From Flavobacteriales bacterium TMED84 (GTDB lineage Bacteria > Bacteroidota > Bacteroidia > Flavobacteriales > BACL11): 64,000 nucleotides of DNA. The notes under the pieces are model-generated. The model was not told the DNA's origin. It was given only the letters and a program-made list of their open reading frames with translations, and ran no database searches. Positions 49,601-58,396 of this stretch are shown piece after piece. Every line of letters begins with the position of its first letter. Positions within the stretch are counted from its first letter, which is position 1. Location: positions 6,455-70,454 of the forward strand of contig NHEL02000012.1 of assembly GCA_002172655.2 (NCBI GenBank), given 5' to 3'. The translations under genes and the position numbers were made by a program.

Positions 49601-49608
49601 TATTTTTG
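49601..49608 (+). promoter_or_regulatory. Putative -7 promoter box (TATTTTTG) for the universal stress protein gene
   Basis: The 8-mer ends 15 nt upstream of the ATG at 49623, inside a 31-nt divergent intergenic gap. Confidence 0.35.
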
Positions 49609-49622
49609 CATAAAATTAGTAA

Positions 49623-50501
49623 ATGTTAACAAACAAAATTTTAGTTCCAGTGGGTTTTTCTGAACAATCCTTAGCTGCTCTAAAACAAGCTTGCCTAATC
49701 GCTAAAATAAAAAAATCAGAAGTAATTATTCTAAGCGTCATTGAAGAACAATCTAAAATTAGTGGTTTACTAATTTATAATCCCTTTGAAGAAATAAGAA
49801 ACAAAGTAAAAGATAAGCTTGATGAAATTTCAGAAATGCACTCAAGTAAATTTTCTGTCAAAGTTGACTCAATGGTTGCAAGTGGGAAAATTTATGAGCA
49901 AATTGTAGAGGTATCCTCAATGATTAATGCTAATCTAATAGTTATGGGTACTAATGGATCTCCCAGGGGTGTAATAAAAAAATTCATTGGCTCAAACGCA
50001 GAGAGAGTTGTTAGGTTGTCCAACATTCCTGTAATTACCATAAAGGAAAATACAAGTACTGAAAATTTTGATAATATAATACTTCCACTTGATTTAGGAA
50101 AAGAGACTAAAGAGAAGGTTACATTTGCTATTGAATACGCAAGATATTGGAATTCAACAATTAGAATAGTATCTGTATTTCTAAAAGATAACATAAATGA
50201 AAAAAATATACTCATTAAGAACTTGAATCAAGTCTCTAATTTTATTTCTAATGCCGGCATTAAATGTACTTCTGAACTAATAGAGGGAGAAAAAAAACAA
50301 AGTCTTGGAGACTTTGTTATTAATTACGAAAAGAAGTTTGACTCTGACTTAATTATAATAATGACAAAAAAAGAAGAGTTAGCATTGTCAAACAACTTGA
50401 GTGTTACTGCAAGGTATATTATTCACAACTCAAAAATACCTGTGATGAGCATTAAACCTAAGCCAAGAAAGTTTATAACTTCACCAACTACTGCCTTTTA
50501 A
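49623..50501 (+). CDS. Universal stress protein, tandem Usp domains
   Basis: Two Usp halves, each ending in a G-x2-G-x9-G-S-like motif (MGTNGSPRGVIKKFIGSNAERV) and a PV[IM][TS]IK strand. Confidence 0.85.
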   Translation: MLTNKILVPVGFSEQSLAALKQACLIAKIKKSEVIILSVIEEQSKISGLLIYNPFEEIRNKVKDKLDEISEMHSSKFSVKVDSMVASGKIYEQIVEVSSMINANLIVMGTNGSPRGVIKKFIGSNAERVVRLSNIPVITIKENTSTENFDNIILPLDLGKETKEKVTFAIEYARYWNSTIRIVSVFLKDNINEKNILIKNLNQVSNFISNAGIKCTSELIEGEKKQSLGDFVINYEKKFDSDLIIIMTKKEELALSNNLSVTARYIIHNSKIPVMSIKPKPRKFITSPTTAF

Positions 50502-51734
50502 TTGAAATCATCTGTAATTTGCATTGGTGATGAAATTCTTATTGGACAAATTGCTGATACCAATAGTAGATTCATTGCTCAAAGATTAAATTCACTTGGT
50601 ATTGAGTGCAGTTCTATAAAAATTGTTGGTGATGATAAAAAAGCTTTAATTGAAGTAATTAATGAGGAGAGCAAAAGATCTGATTTAATTATTTTAAGTG
50701 GTGGTTTAGGACCTACAAATGATGATATGACTAGAGAAGCAATTGCATATTTCTTAAGTGAAAAACTAATATTCTCTAAACAAGTTTTTGAAAACATAAA
50801 AGAAGTTTTTAAAAAATTTGGAAGAACTGATATCACAAATCTAAATAAGCAACAAGCCTATATTCCTAAGAGTTGTACTTTTTTTCAAAATGATATTGGA
50901 ACTGCACCTGCTATTGTAAAGGAATCAGAAAAATTCATCTTAGTTGCGTTTCCAGGCGTCCCATCAGAACTTATACATCTTTTTGAAAAATTAGAAAAAT
51001 TTTTAACCTCAAAGTATGAATTTTTACAGATTTATCATAAAACAGTTTCAGTTTTTGGTATTCCTGAGTCTAAGCTGGCATTGATTATTTCCAGCTGGGA
51101 GAAAAATATCAAAAAAAATAATATTAGACTTTCATACTTGCCTAAAAAAGGAATTGTAAGATTAAGACTCTCTACAAGAGGAAAAGATAAATTAGAATTA
51201 GAAAAGAAGATAAATTCTTCATTAAGTAATCTTAAAAAAATAATAGATTTTAGTTATCATGATGTTGGTAATTTAGAGCATGTAGTTCATGATTTATTGT
51301 ATAAGAGAGGATTAACAATTTCATGTGCTGAAAGCTGTACATCAGGTGAGATTTCTAGTACGATAACCAAAGCCTCTGGTTCTTCAAAATATTTTAAAGG
51401 AGGTTTAGTTGTTTACAGTAATTTTTCTAAAGTCAATTTGTTAAATGTAGATATAAAAAAAATAGAAAAATATGGTGTAGTTAGTGAAGAGGTAGCAAAA
51501 GATATGTCAAAAAAATGCCTTGAAAAGTTTGATTCTGATTTTTCAATTTCAACTACTGGACTAATGGAAATTAATAACTCAAACAAAGGTATTGTATGCG
51601 TTTCCTTCTCATCAAAAACAAAAACTCTTTCTAAAAAATTCGAGCTAAAAGGAAATCGAGAACAAGTAACTAAACAGTCAACAATTCTTGCTATTGAATT
51701 TCTTATTTCAGTAATAATGGATGAAATTTTGTAG
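50502..51734 (+). CDS. cinA: CinA family protein (MoCF-type N-domain + nicotinamide-nucleotide amidohydrolase PncC C-domain)
   Basis: IGDEILIGQIADTNS, GGLGPTNDDMT. C-domain AESCTSGE. TTG start immediately after the usp stop. Confidence 0.88.
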   Translation: MKSSVICIGDEILIGQIADTNSRFIAQRLNSLGIECSSIKIVGDDKKALIEVINEESKRSDLIILSGGLGPTNDDMTREAIAYFLSEKLIFSKQVFENIKEVFKKFGRTDITNLNKQQAYIPKSCTFFQNDIGTAPAIVKESEKFILVAFPGVPSELIHLFEKLEKFLTSKYEFLQIYHKTVSVFGIPESKLALIISSWEKNIKKNNIRLSYLPKKGIVRLRLSTRGKDKLELEKKINSSLSNLKKIIDFSYHDVGNLEHVVHDLLYKRGLTISCAESCTSGEISSTITKASGSSKYFKGGLVVYSNFSKVNLLNVDIKKIEKYGVVSEEVAKDMSKKCLEKFDSDFSISTTGLMEINNSNKGIVCVSFSSKTKTLSKKFELKGNREQVTKQSTILAIEFLISVIMDEIL

Positions 51735-51743
51735 AGATATTTG

Positions 51744-51751
51744 TATATTTG
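51744..51751 (+). promoter_or_regulatory. Putative -7 promoter box (TATATTTG) for rpmB
   Basis: Ends 19 nt upstream of the rpmB ATG at 51770. The spacing is the same as for the box before rpmG. Confidence 0.4.
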
Positions 51752-51769
51752 CGTCCTAAATTCAAGAAA

Positions 51770-52009
51770 ATGTCCAAGATATGTGCAATAACAGGTAAAA
51801 AACCAATGGTTGGAAATAATGTTTCCCATTCTAACAAAAAAACAAAGAGAAAGTTTTACCCAAATCTACAAACTAAGAAATTTTTTGTTCCTGAAACAGG
51901 AGAATCCATAACATTAAAAGTTTCAGCTAAAGCTCTTAGAACTATTAACAAAAAAGGCATTTCTGCTGTTTTATCTGAAGCAAAGAAAAAAGGCAACATC
52001 TTAGTTTAA
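51770..52009 (+). CDS. rpmB: 50S ribosomal protein L28
   Basis: MSKICAITGKKPMVGNNVSHSNKKTKRKFYPNL. The internal ATG at 51770 is preferred over the TTG at 51749. Confidence 0.93.
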   Translation: MSKICAITGKKPMVGNNVSHSNKKTKRKFYPNLQTKKFFVPETGESITLKVSAKALRTINKKGISAVLSEAKKKGNILV

Positions 52010-52030
52010 ATTTTTTTATTAAATTTAAGA

Positions 52031-52696
52031 ATGAATACAAAATTTGCAACACTTTTGTTTTTATCACTAATCGTGTTGTTTTCTTCATCATGTAGAAAAG
52101 AGGAGGGTTGCATGAACCCCCTAGCAATTAATTATAATCCTGACGCTGAAGAAGATGATGGCTCTTGCTTGATATTAGGTTGTACAAATCCTACAATGTT
52201 TAACTACGACCCGTACGCAAATACTGATAATGGTGGATGTATTCCTTTCATTAACGGGTGCACTGATGCAACAATGTTTAACTATGACCCTAATGCAAAT
52301 ACTGATAATGGTACCTGCTTGACTGCTCAACAAGCTGCTATTGGTCTTTGGGATGTATCACCTGATTGTGATGACATAACAATTCCTGTCATTGGATCTA
52401 TTTCATTAAACGATCAAATCCCCGAGAGCATTGAGGTTAACGAAGGATCTGGAGACATAATTTTTATCGATCTTGGAACAAGCCAAATTGAGGGAAATAT
52501 TGCCAGCGATGGAACAATTATCGTATCTCCACAAAATACAAATATTGACCTAATGGGTTTTTCTGTTGATTTAACAGTAAGTGGTGATGGATTACTAGAA
52601 ACTGAAAATAGCGGTTATATGGACCTTGACTACGATTTAGATATACCAATAGTCGGCACTCAAAATGTTTCTTGTTCAATAATATTGACTAGATAA
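52031..52696 (+). CDS. Secreted lipoprotein with three tandem Cys-bounded 21-aa repeats and a C-terminal beta-rich domain
   Basis: Signal peptide with lipobox FSSSC. Repeats GC-x-[ND]-x-x-x-x-NY-[ND]-P-x-A-x-x-D-[DN]-G-x-C. No family name recalled with confidence. Confidence 0.7.
   Translation: MNTKFATLLFLSLIVLFSSSCRKEEGCMNPLAINYNPDAEEDDGSCLILGCTNPTMFNYDPYANTDNGGCIPFINGCTDATMFNYDPNANTDNGTCLTAQQAAIGLWDVSPDCDDITIPVIGSISLNDQIPESIEVNEGSGDIIFIDLGTSQIEGNIASDGTIIVSPQNTNIDLMGFSVDLTVSGDGLLETENSGYMDLDYDLDIPIVGTQNVSCSIILTR
52106..52318 (+). repeat. Three tandem coding repeats (about 63 nt each, spaced by 9-15 nt) encoding Cys-bounded modules
   Basis: Protein copies GCMNPLAINYNPDAEEDDGSC, GCTNPTMFNYDPYANTDNGGC and GCTDATMFNYDPNANTDNGTC. 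Copies 2 and 3 share DNA runs acaatgtttaacta and gcaaatactgataatggt. Confidence 0.8.
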
Positions 52697-52701
52697 AATA
52701 C

Positions 52702-54360
52702 ATGATTTACTTTGCAAGATTTATTATTATCTTTCTTGTCTTAGTTGTTCACAATCAAATACTTGCACAAAATTACACACAGCAAGACAGCATAAGAGGG
52801 ACTTTAAATAAATATAGATCTTGCTATGATGTAAAATTTTATGACTTGTTTATCATGCTTGATGACATAGAAAGATCAATTGAAAGATCTTATAACATAA
52901 TGCATGTTCAGGCAAATACCAATTTTGATAAAATTCAAATTGATTTATTTGAAAATATGGAAATTATGATTATTGAATTTGAGGATGAAATTTTAAGTTT
53001 TATAAAAAATAAAAATGCCACCTACATAGAATTTCCAAGAACCATAAAAAAGGGGGAAATTATTTCATTAAAAATTTGGTTTGGAGGTTATCCAATAACT
53101 GCAAAGAACCCGCCATGGGATGGGGGATTCACATGGTCAGAGGATAACAATAAACCATGGGTCGGTGTTTCTTGTCAAGGAATTGGAGCCAGTCTTTGGT
53201 GGCCCTGTAAAGATCATCAATCAGATGAACCTGATAGTATGAAAATAACAATATCTGTGAGGTCACCCTTAAATGCAGTCTCAAATGGAAGATTAAAAAG
53301 AGATACAAGTTATTGGAGTAATTACATGAATTCCTGGATGAATGAATATGAATGGTTTGTTTCATATCCCATCAATAATTATAATGTCACCTTAAACGTT
53401 GCAAATTATTCTGGTTTTGAAGATATATTGATTAGAAATGAAGACACACTTGATTTAAGTTATTATGTTTTAAAAAAAAATTTATCGATAGCTAAAAATC
53501 ACTTCAAGCAAGTGAAACCAATAATTACTTGTTTAGAAAAATATCTTGGTTCATATCCATTTGAAAAAGATGGCTTCACTCTTGTTGAAACTCCATACCT
53601 TGGTATGGAGCATCAAAGTTGCATTGCATATGGAAATAATTATCAAAATGGTTATAATGGAAATACTAAATTCATAGACAATTTGGAGTTCGACTATATT
53701 ATATTGCATGAGGCTGGTCATGAGTGGTGGGGAAACAGTATAACAACAAACGATATTGCAGATATGTGGGTCCATGAGGGATTTTGTACATATTCAGAGG
53801 CTCTTTTCGTTGAATGTTATTATGGTTATGATAAAATGTTATCGTATCTTAAAAATCAAAGAAAATTTATTGTTAATGACAAGCCTATCATTTCAGATTA
53901 TGGAGTCAATAAGCAGGGAAGTAGAGACATGTATTTTAAATCTGCATTGATGTTACATACTTTAAGAAGTCTAGTAGACAATGACATTCTCTTTTTTAAA
54001 ATGCTTCTAGATATCAATAAGGATTTTAAATATAGATGCATTGATGGAGATGAATTAATTAACTATATTATTGACTATCTTAAAATAGATTTAAAATTAT
54101 TTTTTCAGCAATATTTGACTCAATCATCATTACCTGAGTTTAATTATAAATTAGAAGTAACTGGAAAAGATGTAGTTCTAATATGTAATTGGAATGCCAT
54201 TAACGGATTCGATATGCCAATAAAAGCATCAATTGGTAAAAAAGAGGATATCTGGATAAATACCTCAAATAAAATAAAAGAGATTAAATTAGGCAATATA
54301 GACGTTCATGATTTTAGAATTAGGGACGATTTATTTCTGATTAGTTTAAAAAAAATGTAA
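52702..54360 (+). CDS. Secreted M1-family zinc metallopeptidase (aminopeptidase N-like)
   Basis: Signal peptide. Exopeptidase-like GMEHQS. Zinc motif HEAGHEWWGN followed by WVHEGF (third ligand Glu). Confidence 0.88.
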   Translation: MIYFARFIIIFLVLVVHNQILAQNYTQQDSIRGTLNKYRSCYDVKFYDLFIMLDDIERSIERSYNIMHVQANTNFDKIQIDLFENMEIMIIEFEDEILSFIKNKNATYIEFPRTIKKGEIISLKIWFGGYPITAKNPPWDGGFTWSEDNNKPWVGVSCQGIGASLWWPCKDHQSDEPDSMKITISVRSPLNAVSNGRLKRDTSYWSNYMNSWMNEYEWFVSYPINNYNVTLNVANYSGFEDILIRNEDTLDLSYYVLKKNLSIAKNHFKQVKPIITCLEKYLGSYPFEKDGFTLVETPYLGMEHQSCIAYGNNYQNGYNGNTKFIDNLEFDYIILHEAGHEWWGNSITTNDIADMWVHEGFCTYSEALFVECYYGYDKMLSYLKNQRKFIVNDKPIISDYGVNKQGSRDMYFKSALMLHTLRSLVDNDILFFKMLLDINKDFKYRCIDGDELINYIIDYLKIDLKLFFQQYLTQSSLPEFNYKLEVTGKDVVLICNWNAINGFDMPIKASIGKKEDIWINTSNKIKEIKLGNIDVHDFRIRDDLFLISLKKM

Positions 54361-54365
54361 ATTTG
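54358..54365 (+). promoter_or_regulatory. Putative -7 promoter box (TAAATTTG) for rpmG, built on the TAA stop of the M1 peptidase gene
   Basis: Ends 19 nt upstream of the rpmG ATG at 54384. Confidence 0.35.
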
Positions 54366-54383
54366 CATTCTTAAAATTCAGAA

Positions 54384-54566
54384 ATGGCAAAAAAAGGGAA
54401 TAGAATTCAGGTTATTTTAGAGTGTACTGAACACAAATCAAGTGGTTTGCCTGGAACTTCAAGATATATTACCACAAAAAACAAAAAAAATACACCTGAC
54501 AGAATGGAAATAAAGAAATTCAATCCTATTTTAAAGAAAATGACTGTTCACAAAGAGATTAAATAA
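54384..54566 (+). CDS. rpmG: 50S ribosomal protein L33
   Basis: [18 protein letters not shown]...[23 protein letters not shown]. Confidence 0.95.
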   Translation: MAKKGNRIQVILECTEHKSSGLPGTSRYITTKNKKNTPDRMEIKKFNPILKKMTVHKEIK

Positions 54567-54722
54567 ATGGCAAAAAAAACCGTAGCATCATTAAAAAATA
54601 AAGACGCAAAATCATTTACCAAAGTTGTTAGATTCAAAAAAAATGAGTCATCTGGAGGTTATTCGACTTCTGTTGATATAATGCCAAAAGAAAGCGTCAA
54701 AGACTTTCTATCTAAAAAGTAA
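54567..54722 (+). CDS. DUF4295-family small protein (51 aa; below ORF-track cutoff)
   Basis: Hand-translated MAKKTVASLKNKDAKSFTKVVRFKKNESSGGYSTSVDIMPKESVKDFLSKK. The ATG abuts the rpmG stop. The position between rpmG and ftsY is the conserved Bacteroidota location of DUF4295. Confidence 0.75.
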   Translation: MAKKTVASLKNKDAKSFTKVVRFKKNESSGGYSTSVDIMPKESVKDFLSKK

Positions 54723-54759
54723 AAAGTATTGAATAGCTTTCTTTAGCTATATTTATAAA

Positions 54760-55761
54760 ATGAATTTTTTTAAAAAGTTAAAAGAAAGTCTTACTGGAAA
54801 AAAATCACAAGATTCAGTAACAGCAAAACAAAATACAGAGAAAAAATCTGCTGAAGTTTTAAAAAAGGGCCTTGAGAAAACAAAAAACTCTTTTTTTGGT
54901 AACTTTTCTAAATCGCTTGTAGGAAAATCAAAAATTTCTGACCAAGAATTGGATTCAATCGAAGAAACACTTTTGAAGTCTGATATTGGAATAGAAACTT
55001 CATTAAAAATAATTGATGCATTAGAGAAAAGGGTAAGTGACGATAAATTTATTCATACTAGTGAAATTTATGATTTTTTAAAAGATGAGATTAAAAATCT
55101 TTTGTTGCAAAATAAAAAAGATTACAGCTTCTCGGATGAGAAACCGTATGTTATAATGGTTGTTGGGATAAATGGAGTTGGTAAAACAACTACTATAGGA
55201 AAGCTAGCTCATCAATTTGATCAGAACAATTTATCAGTAACCATTGGTGCTGCTGATACATTTAGAGCAGCAGCTGTTGATCAATTAGAAGTATGGTCAA
55301 ATAGGACAAATGCTAAGTTAATCAAACAAAAGATGGGATCTGACCCTGCATCTGTTTGTTTTGACACTCTTAAATCAGCAAATTCCAACAATTCGGATGT
55401 AGTTATAATTGACACAGCAGGAAGACTTCATAATAATGTCAATTTAATGAACGAATTGACAAAAATTAAGAAAGTAATGTCAAAGGTTTCGATTAATGCT
55501 CCACATGAAGTTATCTTAGTTCTGGATGCTACAACTGGTCAAAACGCTATTGAGCAAGCAAAACAGTTTTCTAAAGCGACTGAGGTTGATTGTATTGCTC
55601 TAACAAAGTTAGATGGTACCGCTAAAGGTGGAATAGCAATAGGAATTTGTGATCAATTAAATATACCTATAAAGTACATTGGGTTAGGTGAAACAGTAAA
55701 TGATTTGCAGCTTTTTGATAAAGATAAATTTGTTGATACTTTGTTTAGTAATGAAAACTAA
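54760..55761 (+). CDS. ftsY: Signal recognition particle receptor FtsY
   Basis: NG domain with GINGVGKTTT, DTAGRL and TKLDGTAKGG. Confidence 0.95.
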   Translation: MNFFKKLKESLTGKKSQDSVTAKQNTEKKSAEVLKKGLEKTKNSFFGNFSKSLVGKSKISDQELDSIEETLLKSDIGIETSLKIIDALEKRVSDDKFIHTSEIYDFLKDEIKNLLLQNKKDYSFSDEKPYVIMVVGINGVGKTTTIGKLAHQFDQNNLSVTIGAADTFRAAAVDQLEVWSNRTNAKLIKQKMGSDPASVCFDTLKSANSNNSDVVIIDTAGRLHNNVNLMNELTKIKKVMSKVSINAPHEVILVLDATTGQNAIEQAKQFSKATEVDCIALTKLDGTAKGGIAIGICDQLNIPIKYIGLGETVNDLQLFDKDKFVDTLFSNEN

Positions 55762-57055
55762 AGAACAGAAAAATAATATTAATGTAATAACATTAGGATG
55801 CTCAAAAAATACCTATGATTCTGAGATTTTAATGGGGCAGCTTAAAAACAATGGAGCAGTGGTCAAGCATGAGAGTGATGATGAATCCTCAGATATTGTC
55901 ATTATCAACACATGTGGATTTATTGAAAATGCAAAGCAAGAATCTATTGATACAATTTTACAACAGGTTGAGAACAAAAAAAATGGCCTCATAAAAAAAG
56001 TCTATGTAACAGGATGTCTTTCTGAAAGATATAAAGAAGATTTGCAAAATGAAATTAGTGAAGTTGATAAATTTTTTGGAACTAATAATTTAAAAGAACT
56101 TTTAGAAGAGCTAAAATTTGATTACAAAAAACAGTTGCTAAATCAAAGAAAATTAACCACTCCTAGACATTATGCACATTTAAAGATCTCGGAGGGGTGT
56201 AATAGGAAATGTTCGTTCTGTGCAATACCACAAATGAGAGGAAAACATATTTCAAAAAAGATTGAGGATATAGTAGATGAGGCTAGTGAGCTTGCAAAAA
56301 AAGGAATTAAAGAAATTTTATTGATTGCTCAGGATCTTAGTTATTATGGAGTTGATATTTACAAAAAAAGAAAGTTATATGACTTACTTGTTGAACTTTC
56401 AAAAGTTGATGGAATTGAATGGATAAGATTACACTATGTTTATCCTACGGGCTTCCCTTCAAATGTTATTGAACTCATAAATAAAAATGAAAAAATTTGT
56501 AGTTACATTGATATGCCTCTTCAGCATATTAATGATAAAATACTTAAATCAATGAGAAGATCTACTACAAAAAAACGTACTAATGAATTGATAAAAAAGA
56601 TCCGAGAAAGTAAATCTAATATTTCAATAAGAACAACTGTAATTGTAGGCTACCCTGGAGAAACAAATGAAATATTTAATGAGCTAAAATCTTGGGTTAT
56701 GGAAAGTAAATTTGAAAGATTAGGAGTATTTAAGTACTCACATGAGGAAGATACACACGCTTATAATCTAATTGATGATGTTGATCAAGAAGAAAAGCAA
56801 AGAAGATATGATGAAATAATGTCAATCCAGAGAGATATTTCACTATCAATCAATAAAAATAAAATTGGATCTGAAATTAAGGTTTTAATTGATAGATTTG
56901 AAAATGGTTTTTATCATGCAAGAACAGAATTTGATTCTCCTGAAGTTGACAACGAAGTAATTATTAGAAATGCTGAATTTTTGAGAGTGGGAAGTTTTAC
57001 AAAAGTTAAAATTGTTGACGCTAACTACTATGACTTATTCGCTGAAATTATTTAA
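55751..57055 (+). CDS. rimO: Ribosomal protein S12 methylthiotransferase RimO
   Basis: MTTase N-domain Cys (LGCSKN, NTCGF, GCL). Radical SAM CNRKCSFC. C-terminal TRAM. The ATG at 55751 overlaps the ftsY end by 11 nt. Confidence 0.92.
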   Translation: MKTKEQKNNINVITLGCSKNTYDSEILMGQLKNNGAVVKHESDDESSDIVIINTCGFIENAKQESIDTILQQVENKKNGLIKKVYVTGCLSERYKEDLQNEISEVDKFFGTNNLKELLEELKFDYKKQLLNQRKLTTPRHYAHLKISEGCNRKCSFCAIPQMRGKHISKKIEDIVDEASELAKKGIKEILLIAQDLSYYGVDIYKKRKLYDLLVELSKVDGIEWIRLHYVYPTGFPSNVIELINKNEKICSYIDMPLQHINDKILKSMRRSTTKKRTNELIKKIRESKSNISIRTTVIVGYPGETNEIFNELKSWVMESKFERLGVFKYSHEEDTHAYNLIDDVDQEEKQRRYDEIMSIQRDISLSINKNKIGSEIKVLIDRFENGFYHARTEFDSPEVDNEVIIRNAEFLRVGSFTKVKIVDANYYDLFAEII

Positions 57056-57057
57056 AT

Positions 57058-58395
57058 ATGTTTCAAAATTTATCAGAAAAATTAGAAAGAGCTTTTAAAA
57101 CATTAAAAGGTAGGGCTACTATTTCTGACATTAATGTTGCTCAAACTATGAAAGAAATTAGAAAAGCACTAATTTCTGCGGATGTTGATTATAAAACTGC
57201 AAAATCTTTCACCGATAAAGTAAGAGAAAAAGCGATTGGGCAAAAGGTATTAACAAGCATTGAGCCTGGACAGTTACTAACTAAGATAATGAAAGATGAA
57301 TTGGCTGAGCTAATGGGTAGCCAAAGCTCTGATATTCAAATTGAGAGAGGTTTGACAAAAATTTTAGTAGCTGGTTTGCAAGGATCAGGAAAAACCACTT
57401 TTTCTGGAAAGCTTGCACTTTTTCTTAAGAACAATAAAAAATTAAAACCATTGCTAGTTGCTTGTGATGTATATAGACCTGCCGCAATAGATCAGTTAGA
57501 GATACTTTCAAAACAAGTTAACGCAGATTTTTACAGTGAGAGAGATAATAAAGACCCTGTTAGTATTTCTAAAAATGCCATTAAGTTTTCAAAAACAAAC
57601 AATAATAATTTGATAATTATTGACACAGCTGGTAGAATTTCAATTGATCAAGAAATGATGAATGAAATTGGTGAAATCAAAAAAGCTGTTAGTCCAAGTG
57701 AAACATTATTTGTTGTGGATGCAATGACTGGACAAGATGCAGTTAACACTGCAAAGAATTTTAATGAGGTCTTAGATTTCGATGGTGTCGTTTTGACAAA
57801 ATTAGATGGAGATACAAGAGGTGGTGCAGCATTAACAATAAGATCTGTTGTAAACAAACCAATTAAATTTATAGGTACAAGTGAAAAAATGGAAGGTCTT
57901 GATGTCTTTTATCCCGACAGAATGGCTAGTAGAATTTTAGGAATGGGTGATGTGATTTCTCTTGTTGAGAGAGCTCAGCAACAATTTGATGAAGATGAAG
58001 CTAGAAAAATTCAGAAAAAAATTGCAAAAAATAAATTTGGGTTCGATGACTTCTATAAACAAATTCAACAAATTAAAAAGATGGGAAGTATGAAAGATTT
58101 GGTTGGTATGGTCCCAGGTTTAGGAAAAAATATTAAGGACATGGATATCGATGATGATGCTTTTAAATCTATTGAAGCAATTATTAATTCAATGACTCCC
58201 AAAGAGAGAAGTAATCCTGAAATATTAAATGGAAGTAGAAGAAAAAGAATTGCTGTCGGTTCAGGAAATAGTGTTAATGAAGTAAATAAATTGATAAAAC
58301 AATTTTCACAAATGAGTAAAATGATGAAAATGATGCAAGGTGGAGGCAAAAATAGAGTTATGGATATGTTTAATAATCAAATGCAAAGAAGATAA
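57058..58395 (+). CDS. ffh: Signal recognition particle protein Ffh
   Basis: GLQGSGKTT, DTAGR, TKLDGDTRGG. Met-rich M domain (MSKMMKMMQGGG). Confidence 0.97.
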   Translation: MFQNLSEKLERAFKTLKGRATISDINVAQTMKEIRKALISADVDYKTAKSFTDKVREKAIGQKVLTSIEPGQLLTKIMKDELAELMGSQSSDIQIERGLTKILVAGLQGSGKTTFSGKLALFLKNNKKLKPLLVACDVYRPAAIDQLEILSKQVNADFYSERDNKDPVSISKNAIKFSKTNNNNLIIIDTAGRISIDQEMMNEIGEIKKAVSPSETLFVVDAMTGQDAVNTAKNFNEVLDFDGVVLTKLDGDTRGGAALTIRSVVNKPIKFIGTSEKMEGLDVFYPDRMASRILGMGDVISLVERAQQQFDEDEARKIQKKIAKNKFGFDDFYKQIQQIKKMGSMKDLVGMVPGLGKNIKDMDIDDDAFKSIEAIINSMTPKERSNPEILNGSRRKRIAVGSGNSVNEVNKLIKQFSQMSKMMKMMQGGGKNRVMDMFNNQMQRR

Positions 58396-58396
58396 A

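Noticed and set aside
51413-51829. 138-aa antisense ORF across the cinA 3' end and rpmB start. Similar long antisense ORFs occur at 62878..63243 (in comA), 58747..59106 (in folD), 49892..50215 (in usp), 28328..28639 (in DUF1573), 9230..9541 (in uvrA), 36722..37021 and 37211..37486 (in bshA), and 42308..42526 (in the mutase).
   Set aside because: All lie entirely opposite strongly supported conserved genes. They have hydrophobic or low-complexity products without motifs and are the usual shadow frames of real genes.
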